A stretch of 64,000 nt of DNA. It comes from Amoebidium appalachense. Its lineage: Eukaryota > Protista > Ichthyosporea. Positions 1-29,231 of the stretch are shown here, piece by piece. The stretch's first letter is position 1, and each line of letters opens with the position of its first letter. A program made the position numbers and the translations under genes. The stretch spans positions 955,817 through 1,019,816 of the forward strand of contig CAVNZM010000013.1 in the NCBI GenBank assembly GCA_963693365.1, in the 5' to 3' direction. A model generated the notes under the pieces. That model was not told where the DNA came from, did not search any database, and saw only the letters and a program-made list of their open reading frames with translations.

Positions 1-96
<96 letters not shown>

Positions 97-109
97 GACC
101 AACACGTAC

Positions 110-1523
<1,414 letters not shown>

Positions 1524-2165
1524 GTTTTGGGGTAGCACCAACTGTGTGTTTTGATAAAATGTGAGAATGAATACGTTTTTGCTCACGATCTTTGCACCCA
1601 TTTCTTTTTTTCCTCTATATATATGTAGATATATATATATATATATATATATAAGGGGCGGGGCGGGGGGGGGGGGGGGGGGGGGGAGAGAGAGAGATAA
1701 GAACCAACTGCGTGTATTTTGGTTTTTGGTTGCATGTGAGAATGAATACTTTTACTCACGCTCGCGCCAATTCGCGCCAATTCTGCCTCCTAAAAAAAAC
1801 AGGACCAAGAGAGAAATACGAGAGACAGGCCGGGGGGTAAAGAGGTAACGGGAGACTGGGTAGGGTTAGGGGGTTTGGTGAGGAGAGGTGGGGGGGGGGG
1901 GCGGGAGAAGAAAATCAGGGGGGGGGGGGGGGGGGGAAGAGAGAGAAAAAGGGGGAGGGTGTTCAACTCAGTCATGCTCCCTAACACCTTAACCTTTCTC
2001 ATCCATTCACCCCACGATTCGAAACCCCTCCCCCCCTTCCTCCCCAGGTGCACCCCTCATCCCTCCACCCCATTCTCTCCCTTTCACAGCAACTTTCCCC
2101 CTCCCAAAACACGTGCACACTTAAACCCCCCCCCCCCCCCCCCCTTCCCCTCTCCCCTCCTCCCC

Positions 2166-2224
<59 letters not shown>

Positions 2225-2539
2225 ACCCACCCCCCCACCCACCCGTGGACTCCATTACAGAAATGCGTATATGCAAACAATACGTTTGCAGCTCCAGTGA
2301 AAAACTTAACCACTGGATAGGCATACCGACACACACATACTCACACAGACATGTTTTCTCCTGCCCTTTTTAACGGGCACATTCACAGAGACGTATATGT
2401 GAAGCCCACACACATGCATACACATGGCCCTTGAATTCAACCGTTAGCGTGCAATTTAACACAACTTAACATCAGCATGCGTTTTCGCGCAAACACACAC
2501 ACACAGACAGATAGACAGACAGACACACACACACACAAA

Positions 2540-2579
<40 letters not shown>

Positions 2580-3104
2580 CACAAACACACACACACACCA
2601 CACGTACACCCGCCCACCCGCCCACCCACCCACACATACACCCGCCCACCCACCCACACATACACCCGCCCACCCACCCACACATACACCCACCCACCCA
2701 CCCATCCCACCCTACACGTCGTTCTACCCCCCCCCCCCCCCCCCCCTTCCCCCCCTCCCTCCCCTTCGCCTCCTTCCTCCGCCCCCCTCCCCCCTTCTCC
2801 CCAAACACACACACACACATACACACCTTTCTCTCCTTGGCCCATTTTGGCGGTAGTCCCCCCATACCCCCACATCCCCCTAGAATCATGGGGGTGCCTT
2901 GTATCTTCATTGTCCGTACAAGCATGCCGGAAAGCTCTGAAAGTAAAGTGAAAGGTCCCGTGGGGGAAAGGAGGGGAGAGAGGGGGGGTTGGGGGGAAGG
3001 GGAATGAGTTGGGAGGGAGGGGAGGGAGGAATGGGGGGAGGACGGGGGGAGGGACGGGGAGAGCGTGGAGGGAGGGGGGTGAATGGGAGAGAGGGTGTGT
3101 GTGT

Positions 3105-3143
<39 letters not shown>

Positions 3144-3854
3144 GAGGGGGGGGGAAAGAGGGGAAGAGAAGGGAAGAGAGAGTGGGAGGGAGAGGAAGGA
3201 CGGAGGGATCAAGAGGGAGAGCATGGAAGGAAGGGGGTGGGGGATGGGGAGAGGAGGACCGGAGGGGGAGGGGGGGGGGGGAGGGAGGAGGGAGGATAAG
3301 GGGAAAAGGACGTGTGTGAGTTTGGGGAATTTCTTCCCCCTCGTTCTACATCTTTTTCCTTCTAACTATTATTCGAGGAGGTGAAAAGGGGGAGGGGGAG
3401 AGATGGATTGTATGTTTTGTGTTTTTTTCCCATTCCGTAGCTCCTAGAAGTTCTAGTGTTCATAACGATACCCTGGTTATTATGTGTAAGGGCAGCACAG
3501 AGAGAGGAAGGGGGGACGCAGGTGTGTGTGTGTGTTTGTGTGTGTGTGGGCAGGAGGGGGAGGGGGGGGGGGGGGGAGGGGGGAGGGGGGGGGGGTTACC
3601 AGGAATCAGCCTGTAGATTAATCTGTCCGTCTCTTCCATCAACTCAGCTGTGAGCCACCACCGGTCAGAAAAACCCCCCTCCCCCCCCCCTCCCCCCCCC
3701 CCCCACGCCAAACAAAATGATGGGACAACAACGTACATGCTTAATTGACCGGGGGGGGGGGGGGGTTGTTGGTGAAATTTTGTGGGTTCACTATGTAATC
3801 GACTGTGTGAAGCATGGAAACAAAAAAAGCAGGGGGGGGGGGGGGGGGTGAGAG

Positions 3855-3894
<40 letters not shown>

Positions 3895-3898
<4 letters not shown>

Positions 3899-3916
3899 GA
3901 GAGAGAGAGAGTGAGT

Positions 3917-3947
<31 letters not shown>

Positions 3948-3978
3948 GAGGAGAGGAGAGAAAGGAGAGGGAGGGAGG

Positions 3979-4018
<40 letters not shown>

Positions 4019-4206
4019 GAGAGAAAGGAGAGGGAGGGAGGGAGGGAGAGGGAGAGGGAGAGGGAGAGGGAGAGGGAGAGGGAGAGGGAGAGGGAGAGGG
4101 AGAGGGAGAGGGAGAGGGAGAGGGAGAGGGAGAGGGAGAGGGAGAGGGAGAGGGAGAGGGAGAGGGAGAGGGAGAGGGAGAGGGAGAGGGAGAGGGAGGG
4201 AGGGAG

Positions 4207-4275
<69 letters not shown>
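3895..4275. repeat. Polypurine tract: (GA)n and (GGGAGA)n
   Basis: Directly visible. Confidence 0.98.
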
Positions 4276-4276
<1 letters not shown>

Positions 4277-5375
4277 AAAGCAGAAACAAAACAAATTACA
4301 GAAAAGACCCAAACGGCCTATTATTGTCGAACGGAGAAAAACAATTTTCTGAAGGGGTGAGAGGGGGGAAAGAAAAAGAAAAAAAAACCAAAAACAAACA
4401 AACCACTGAAAACAAAAAGGAAACAAAAGGGAACAAAACAGAAACAAAACAAATCACCTGCAAGATGAAAACGGGGTGGTGTGCTTATTTGGAGACACAG
4501 TGACGTAATCCGTTCCATCGGATTCGCTACGCGATTTACTAGGGCAAAATATTTGATCAGATCAGCTGACTGCTGTCTCTAATAAACAATACCAAATCTA
4601 TTACCACCCATAACACGTGAGGCATAACAAACTAGATGTAGGGTCTTTATGAAACACAGAAAAATAATATACAAACATTATACTTCAAAGTAAACTAAAT
4701 AACTTAGGTGCTCTATACGTTTTTTCTATTTTTTCTTATTTTTTGATTAATTCTAGCTATAGGTCCTATGATCAGATTGATCATGTTTTGCTATAGCTTA
4801 GCTAACGCAGAAGAAAAAATCTCGCTCGCTTCTCTTTCCGCAATTTTTTTTGAAGGAATTGCAGTTCACTAAAAATATTTGCTAAGAATGTCATTTCTAA
4901 TGCACCAACCAGCGTCCTCGATTTGTCTATGGACCTTGAACAACCCTACTTGAAACCTAATGATGGGTTTTGGTTGCTTCTTGCCGATCCAGGTCAGGCA
5001 AGCTTTAGATCCCGTAGATCAGGGTTCGAATTGGATTGCCTTTCTGAACCAAGTAGAATTCTATGAGCCCGCGGCGGCGCTTCGCTAGCACAAAGCTGTT
5101 TTTCTTTTACTTTTTAGCTGCATTTGAATTTCAAACTATATTATATTCTATTTGGTTTCTGGTATTTTTGAAGACTCAAAATACAGAATTTTATGATGGT
5201 GCCTTTTACGTGGACGATTTTGAGGGGCTGACTGTAACAATAGATGTAGGTGTTTTCCGGGAAAAAGCAAAAACGATTCTAAATACAAGGTATCCCAATT
5301 CTAAATGATTTATACAACTGATCGTTTGTTGACCAATCACATGCCAGTATTTAGGTTTTACTGCGTGGTTTAACT

Positions 5376-20680
<15,305 letters not shown>

Positions 20681-20903
20681 CTTCGCATTCAACCAAACCT
20701 AACCTCACATCCTTGCTGTAGTTTGTTTAATCTGTTCTGAATCGCCATGCTATCTTCCCACCCTACGCTGTGACACTCAGAGAAGTACACAAACGGCAGC
20801 TGAGTGAAATGCTACTCAGTGTGCTTACATAAGAAATTGCTCATGTAAATCTTCTTTGTGGTTTATGTTTGTTGTTTGTATGAGATGATCGGCACAGAGC
20901 TCG

Positions 20904-20998
20904 AAATTACCGAAAAACATTCGGTAATTTACCAAAATTTGATTTCCCAAAAATTACCGAAAAACATTCGGTAATTTACCAAAATTTGATTTCCCAAA
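20904..20998. repeat. 47-bp tandem duplication, each unit with a perfect 11-bp hairpin
   Basis: AAATTACCGAA-AAACA-TTCGGTAATTT at 20904-20930 and 20951-20977. Confidence 0.95.
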
Positions 20999-21393
20999 GA
21001 CAGTTCTCTGAGAGCAATCCCGGGGGTATACACACTTTAATGTCAAGCCTTGAACAAAATATCAATAAATATATATATAATGTATGATACAAAGCAAAAA
21101 ACATACAGCAGAGCAGCTGAAGCAGAGAAAACGTACACAATATTTCTGTAGAGACTTTCATACATCTAATACACTCCGACTTCCGCTCATCTCCGCAAGA
21201 GAACGCGTCACCTGTTTTTCTAGCCTCTTAGCCTCGATAGCCTGGCAGGTTACAGAAACCTGGGCTGCTGGGCTGCACCAACAAGAGGGAGAGAAAAAAA
21301 TAGGGTTAAAGCTGTTCAACTACATCATGGATGTTCGTTGTTGTGCAAAGCTCAAGTTAGTGCGGGTGTGGAAAGTTTCGGGTTTTGTTGCCT

Positions 21394-21888
21394 TCAAGTC
21401 GTAGCAGTTTTAGTACCGAGTTTTCCAAGCTGTAGAAGTAGTGTACTCCGGCTATGCAGGGTCTGCATGCGCATCTTCAGGCTGTACGACAAGTACAGGG
21501 AGTTGAAACTATTAGAGGGGCGCAGAGGTTTATGGTTACTGCGTCCCGAGCACCTAAGAAACGTGTAGTAAAGCTTCTTGTTACCCAGTGCAGCTTGCAC
21601 TAAAGGCCGGCAACACAAGCCATTTTCTGGATGCGTTTGGCGGCATTCACAACCAGCAAACAAAACGTGCTTGTTGCTGGGCAGCCTGCACACGGGAACA
21701 AAACTTTGAAGCCAGAACAGGAACAGTTGCCGTGTCCGGTCTTAACATAGAATGACTGGTGGGTGGATGGAGGGAGTGAGGGCTGGTGTCTGTGTATTTT
21801 AGCCCTCGGGAGGGGAGTCACGGTGCTGTTGGCCCGCTTACAGTGGATGCTGCTGGCGATTCTGGTTGATACTGGCATTCAATCTAGG

Positions 21889-21961
<73 letters not shown>

Positions 21962-21993
21962 CGTGTGTGTGTGTAGGTGTGTGTGTTTGTGTT

Positions 21994-22033
<40 letters not shown>

Positions 22034-22725
22034 GTGTGTGTGTGTGTAGGGGAAGTAAAGAAGTGGGGTAGTGAGGGAAAGAGGGAAGAGTGGGCAAGGC
22101 TGGGAGGGCAGCACAAGAATGTTGGACCTGCGGGTGGTGATATGGTGCAGTTATGGCGTCTTAATAGTGTTCCTGTGTGGTTGTGCGTCTGTGTATTTGT
22201 CTGTGTGTGTGTGTGTGTGTCACGGTGTGTGTGCCTGTATGTATGTGCGCACGCGTGTGCTTGTGTGTGTACTGCGGCGCACGTGGTGGTGGTGGTGGGG
22301 GGGGGGGGGGGGAGGGAGGGACTTGCGGGGAGAGAGATCTAGATAGAGGGAGAGAGGGAGAGGGAGAGAGAGCTAGAGACGTCTATGGCGAGAAAGAGAG
22401 TGAGGGAGAGAGAAAGAGAGGGAGGGGGGGGGGGGGGGAGGGGGGGCGGGGCCGGGGAGGGGGAAGGAGGGAGAGAGGGGGGAGGGGGGAAGAGAGAGAG
22501 GGCGTGTGTGGGGGGGGAGGGGGGAGGGGGTGGGGGTGGGGGGAGCGTGAGAGCAATTGTGTGTGTGGTTATAGTGTCTGTGGGGGGGGTGTTTAAGTCT
22601 GTGTTTGTGCAAACTCTACTTGTGTGTTCGTTTACGAGTTTAAACTCGTTGGTCACATGCAGCTCATATCATGCAGCTCCCCGTTCAGCGGGACGCCCGG
22701 ACCTACGTAGAATGGGCCTCAGCTC
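21394..22725 (-). pseudogene. Disrupted SWIM zinc-finger gene
   Basis: Exons 22725-22636, 21883-21842 and 21755 onward splice in phase 0 to ..[42 protein letters not shown]; LPSNKHVLFA (degenerate PCKH) follows in another frame. In-frame TGA at 22671-22669 and a frameshift near 21700. Confidence 0.5.
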
Positions 22726-22920
22726 CTAGTGCAGCGCAGGCATTTGTATTGCTCCTTTTACATCATACTATTGAAATAAGCGTGTTCTACACATAGGCTA
22801 CTGGGAAAATAGTAAACCGATGCCATTTAACCGAACTATGCTTTAGGAGTTAGTCTTATGGTTTCACCGCCGGGACTCCCACCGGTCACCGCAGGCGCCA
22901 GGCTGCCAGGCTGCCAGGCG

Positions 22921-23073
22921 GGGGGTTTATGCACTTTGTATTGCTGCGGACATCGTCAGGGGCCCAGCCTCACTTGACGGCCTACTGCGTTTTCCAGCGC
23001 AGCCATTCAAATGCAGCTAGTGACTTATGTGCATATGTACACTGTATGCAATAAAACAACCCTATTATAGATT
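22921..23073 (+). repeat. Dispersed ~150-bp repeat, copy 1
   Basis: Near-identical to 45775-45956 (GGGGGTTTATGCACTTTGTATTGCTGCGGACATCGTCAGGGGCC...TGTATGCAATAAA). Confidence 0.95.
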
Positions 23074-23444
23074 ATGGATAAGCATAAGCTAGCATTGGTA
23101 GCTCCGAGAGAAAGTTAAGACACCGATTCACAATATCATACTGTGCAGCATTAATAAGGTGATCTAACACGGTCATTTTATAACGGATATACTGGGGGGG
23201 AGAAGTAGAAAAGAGAATAAAGCCGCCCATAACCTCCGGTTCTACCACATTAGCTAACAGGTCACATTTATTGATAGATATGCATCCGCGAGTAAACCAC
23301 CCCCCACACATACGAGGAGGAGACACCAAAAACAATGATTACCACGAACCCTGGATCGACAGCCTGAGCCGATCAGGCTGGTTGCGCAAACTGGTACTAA
23401 TTTTAGGTAACCAATTATCAGGAACATACATTTACTATATATGG

Positions 23445-23540
23445 CTACATTGGTGCGTCGTTATCCAATCATAATTGGTGAGCCGATAAAAAGAGCGCGA
23501 ACCAATCATAAAAAGTCCGGCTTGTACTGCTTACCCAATC
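23445..23540. promoter_or_regulatory. Cluster of five CCAAT/ATTGG boxes upstream of the BT1 gene
   Basis: ATTGG, CCAAT, ATTGG, CCAAT, CCAAT within ~95 bp, ~500 bp before the BT1 ATG. Function is inferred only. Confidence 0.35.
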
Positions 23541-24021
23541 GGGCGGCGCCCCATGTGAACTTGTCAAGTTGTTTTTGCATTCTTTTGGCCGCAGCCGCGG
23601 GGTATATAATGAAGTGTCGACAAAGATTTTGCTTCAGTTCTGCGAGGTCCAGATCAGTGCGTGTTGATTGTTTTTTGGGGAAGGCATACATAAGCTAAAG
23701 CAAACTGTAAGGTGAAAGCTTTGGGGGAAAAACCTAAGTTTCTAATTAGCTAGCTGAGATATCTCTTGCTTTGTGTACATGTATGCACACGTATACGTCA
23801 GGCAGATCTTGCCCCAAGCTTAAGACTTAAGAATTGAAACGAAGTTAAAGTGCATGTATACACTGAGAGAACCATTGCCCGTTCAAACTTTATCATTATC
23901 TTCCATATTCAGCAAGTTTCTCTGCTTATCCCTTTTCAACTCGCAAGCTTACAACCCTTCCACCATCACCTCGCTCTACCAAAATTTACCTATTTTCGTC
24001 ACCTATAATAACAGCGGTCGT

Positions 24022-26378
24022 ATGAATCGGCCCAGACACATCGACATCATCATGGATTCCCCCAAGCGACAACGTACCCCTCTAAGGAGTGGTTCTGGCG
24101 AACTTCACCGCCCACCTTCCCCAAAGCCCGTCACACGCCAGCTCTCCTTCACTTCTGCTGGCAGACGCACATCCATGCCCGTTCCCTCCCACGCACACGG
24201 CTCCAAAATTTCTCCTAGGTCGTCACCAGAACTGGAGAGAGCGCACGAAAAGAAGAAGCAGATGGAACTCGAAGATGTGATAACGGGGGCTGACGTGGTC
24301 ATTTCTCTTGGAGATAACGAGAAGCAGGATGGTGTGGTTGAAAAACTTCCTGAGAACCGTAACGCGGACACACAAAGGTGACTTGATTGCTTCCAAGACC
24401 ACATAACAAGCTTAAGGGTGGCTACATGTGCCAGTGGATGTGAAGCATGTAAAACTCTCCTTGTGCTGCTACAAATGTTAGTTAGTTTTAGCGAGTTTCA
24501 TATGTGCAAGTATTTTCTTTAGCTTTTGTCGGTAATTTGGTTTACTTTTTTCCGTATAGTTTGACTTTTTTTTTTCTTTGATCATCTTCGTGCTCGAGTC
24601 AAGAAACTGGTTGTGTTGTAGATTTTCGCTGGGCCAGGTGGTCACATAACATGGCAGTAGTAATAGCTCGTGAAAAATCTCAAGGAATGTACGACATGTG
24701 CATACTGGGCAATGTGGCATGGGAACCTACAAGAACTTGTATGTCTTTTTCTGAATAACCATGCACCGACGATTACAGTAACTATTCAGTATTACTCATG
24801 GCACACTGGGCAATGCGGCATGGGAACGAACAAGAACTTATTTTTTTTTCTGGATGGTTTTGCACACACAGTCTTGAGGACTACAAGAAGGCCCATCCCG
24901 AGTGGTACTACACAGCACCAGAGCAGCCAACCTTGTGCCAGTAAGTCTTGCTTGCTTGATTCTACATTAGCAGGCATAGGTTGCATAGTGACATCTACAT
25001 ACACGTCATGTCAATACAACTAAATAATCCCCCCTACCCTCATCACCCTCTCCCCCCCCCCCCCTCTCCCCCCCCCTCCCACACACACACACGCGCGCAC
25101 TCGCGCAGACACACACACTCACACACTCACACACTCACCCCTCCCCTCCCCAGACCTCATCTACAAGCGCGGCTGCACACACATATTCGCACATTCACTC
25201 ACGCACGCGCACGTGCATGCGCGCGCCGAATGCAAGCACTACACCCCCAGGGCCTTCACCCTCCTAGTTATGTGCCCTCTTCATCCTTGTCCTGCTTTAT
25301 CCTAAATTACTCGTCTACCTGGGGATTTTTCCATTATTAAGTTTGGTTGTTAGAAGGTTCAAACCGTCTGGTCCAGCTTGTTTGAAGGGGAGGCGTGTAT
25401 AATTATGTGCTAGGAAAGGAGAGGATGGAGGGGGGGGGGGGGGGGGGGTGAAGGGGGGAGGGGGGGGAGGGGAGCTGCTAAGTTTATCAGCAAATGTCAG
25501 TATTCATCGATTATTGATGTGTCCCATACAGGCGCATGATGATGCCCTTTTGGAAAACCGTGTTCTACTTTCGTCGTGTGGCCTCTGTGTTTGGTGTTGG
25601 CTTCCTTCTGCACCTGTTCAGTGTCTACTTCTGCATCAAGGGGCTGGTGGCTGGGATCATCGGCAATGCACAGACACCCTACTTCCAGCAGTTTATGAAT
25701 CTTTCCGCCACACGCCTGCAGGCACTTTTCCCCTATGCCCTCCCACCACAGAACACTGCACGGCCGAGTAGGGGGGGCACAAACTCATGGGCCAGGCGAA
25801 GAAGGAAAAGTAATGAGAAGACAAAGTGAAAAGGGATCCACAGGGGAAGGGGGGGGGGGGGGGGGGGGGGGGGCAACTTTCTCTTACCAATATCATCGCT
25901 GCCGGTGCTAGTTTATGCCTTTCTTTTCCGTTAGCGCGCAAACGCTCTTGCACCAAGGCAGTCAGAGAAAATTGTAGAAGTTTGATTGGCTGAACAAGGA
26001 GAAAGAGATGTAGTGGGTTGATGGTAGGGTGTAGCCAAGTCCATCGGTATTAGTATGCCATAGATGGCCTAGATATATATTTAAAGCCTTATGGAAATAT
26101 ATATTTACGAAAAAGGTGAAACGGGATAGCTAAAAAAAAAAAAAAAGGGGGGGGGGGGGGGAGGGGGGGGGAGGAGGAGGGAAGGAAAAAAAAAAGAAGA
26201 AGAAAAGAAAAACCAAAAAGGCCACACGAAACGAAAAATCTTCTTGGGGGAGGTATACATAGCAGCGCTTCATGCTGATATTAGACCACGATTTTGCACA
26301 CAGGTGATCAGCACTGTTGTGACGGTGCCGTGAGTATATAGTTACGAAGGTGAAACGGGATAGTGATAAAAAGAGCAC

Positions 26379-26411
<33 letters not shown>

Positions 26412-26589
26412 AAAAAATCAAGAAACAAAAGGTTACACAAAATGCAAACCCTTCTTGGGAAAATTTAGCACCGTGCTGCATGCTGATCTAGACCACGATT
26501 TTTCACACAGGTGATCAGCACTGTTGTGACGATGCCGTGGTGCATCAAGGCTCTTATGGGCGTAGCATCATTCAGTGATTATCACATGT

Positions 26590-26631
<42 letters not shown>

Positions 26632-26997
26632 ATAGCAAGTTTACAAAAATAAAAAAAACGGCACTTTTGTGTCAATATTTGCTAATCTAGAATATGGTTA
26701 TACCACACAGGTGATCAGCACTGTTGTGACGATGCCTTGGTGCATCAAGGCGCTGATCGGCATGCTCAGCGATCTGCTGCCCATCCGGGGCATCCACAAG
26801 GGCCCCTACATTGCTGGCGCCGCCGTGTTGGGCACTATCAGTTGCATTATTCTCGGCTGTAGGTGTTGTGTCTCTTTTCACCGTGTTTGCATATGCATGT
26901 TGTCGACTGAACGGTGTAAATTTTTTTTCTTTTTCTGCTACTCCCGCTTGCTTCCCGTATTTCCTCTCACCTCCTCCTTCCCCCCCCGTCTCCCCCC

Positions 26998-27043
<46 letters not shown>

Positions 27044-27389
27044 CACTCCCACCCCTTCGTATTGCAGCTATCCCTACCCAAAGAAAATCCATATGTCGCA
27101 TGTCCAGAAAAAGTCCCACCTCACTCGTGCACCATGTGCGTTCATCTTTCCGCGAGTCCTTACAAATACATAACACCCAGGCACACAGGCTCGCAAAGGA
27201 AAAATACGGAAGAAATCTGAGCAGGTGTCTGGGAAATGGCAGGAAAGGGGGGGGGGGTGGTGGTGGTGGGTGGGGGCAAGGGGGGGGAAGGGGGGGAAGG
27301 GTTGCTTGAGTCGTAGCATAGTAGTATACCGCACGTCATTCGGAAGTCCTATCGAATTTAAAGCCGTACTAAGTGTACACATGTGGCTA

Positions 27390-27429
<40 letters not shown>

Positions 27430-28957
27430 AGCACCAACACCCACAAAAAAAAAGAAAAGAAAGAAAACCTACTAAATATTAAGTGAAGCTTATTATGCTA
27501 TGGACCCCCCCCCGCCCCCCCCCCATTCAACCACCACCTTCCCCCCCCTCCCCCCCCCCCCCCCCCTCCCCCGGGGCCCACCCCCTCCCCCCACAAAAAA
27601 AAAAAAAAAAAAAAAAAACAAACATACCAAACCTCCAATCCCACTCACTATTGCGCACACACCCCCGAATCTCGATTCACACCACCATTAATCGCCATTC
27701 CCACGCACACAGCCGTTCAGTTCTCAGCCGACATGGCCGAAGTCGTCTGCATCCTCATGTTCCTTGTCCTTCTCGAAGCTTCCGTCGCCGACATCCTCAC
27801 AGAGGGGAAATACGCCGAGCTCATGGGAAAACACACGCACACGGGCTCCGACCTCGTGACGTTTGTGTGGCTAAACGTTCTAGTTGGTGGCCTCGTTGCC
27901 AGCCAGGCAATCGGTCCGATGGGTGACCAATTCAACCGCACTGGAAACTTCTGGTACATCAAGGGAATGTTCCTATTGGCTGCACCAATCGCCCGTACGT
28001 ATCCCACATTCGGGATTTGCTCCCCACCCCCCTCCCCCCCCCTCCCCCCCTTCCCCCCCCCCCCGCCCCCGGGCCTCCCTTCTCTACCCCCCCCCCCCCC
28101 CGGGGCCCCCTCCTTCTACCCCTTCCCCTCTCCCCTCCGCCCCCCCTCCTGCCCCCCCCCCCCTCCCCTCCCTCCCCCCCTCCGGGACTCCCCCCCCCGC
28201 CCCACCCTCTCCTCAAACCCCCCCTCCTCCCATCCTCCCCCTCTCCCCTCCCCCAATCTCTCCTCCTTTCCAGTGCAGATTCCCCAGACCAATCCGATTC
28301 TCCCATCATCCTCACCCCCCCCCCCCCCCCCCCCCCTACCCCTACCCCCCCACCCCTCCGGGGACCCCTACTCTTGCAAACCCCTCCATACTAAACCCCC
28401 AGCAGTACCATATGTCTGGATGTGATGAAACCACACATTGAGGTCCATGTCGGTTAGCCATGTGACATCATCTGACGTCAATTCTACGTCATATTGACGT
28501 CAGAGTATATGGTGACTTTGCCTATATATGGGCAAATACCTCCCCTCCTCCCCCCCCCCTTTCTTTTTTTTTAAAAAAAGGACCTGTTAGAAATCCAATA
28601 GACATATAAAGAAATAGAAAAATAGAAATAGACTTTAAACCTCCCCCCCCCCCCCCCCCCCCCCCCTCCCCCAGTCCAGGTGATTGGTAGCATCGCCGCC
28701 GGGTTTCTCAACGAGCACCAACTTCAGCGCAAGGACTGGGGGTTCCAACGGGAGAAATTCGCCGCGCAAAAACCCGTGTTTATCTACGGGCTAGTCATGG
28801 GACTGTGTGTGCTCGGCATGGCCGTGGTCAGCCTTCTTAATAACGTCCTGCTCCCCTCTTCATCGGTACCCAGTAAGCCACCTTCTCCTCCCCCCACCCC
28901 CCTCTCCCCTCTCAAAACAAATTAATAAAAATTAGAATAAAAAGGGGAAAAAAAGAG

Positions 28958-28993
<36 letters not shown>

Positions 28994-29189
28994 AAAAAAA
29001 GAAAGAAAGAAAGAAAGAAGAAAAAAAGAAAGAAACTACGAAAGAAAGAAAGAAAACCACCACCAGCACTACCACACACACATCCCACACCACCACCACC
29101 ACTACTACATACACAACACACATAACCCCATCACCATCATCATCAACATTGTGTTTTTCCGTCACAGCCCTTTCTTACCCACCTATCTT

Positions 29190-29231
<42 letters not shown>

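Noticed and set aside
1858-1875. TAGGGTTAGG telomere-like motif
   Set aside because: Fewer than two full units in G-rich sequence.
4865-5308. Possible plus-strand exons (..DLEQPYLKPNDGFWLLLADP, ..FYDGAFYVDDFEG..)
   Set aside because: No recognisable domain and no start-to-stop model could be built.
22669-22671. In-frame TGA as stop-codon reassignment or selenocysteine
   Set aside because: Explained by a local micro-duplication; intact genes here contain no internal stops and the BT1 model ends in TGA.
23072-23691. Short minus-strand ORFs upstream of the SWIM fragment
   Set aside because: No motif; could not link them by consistent splicing.
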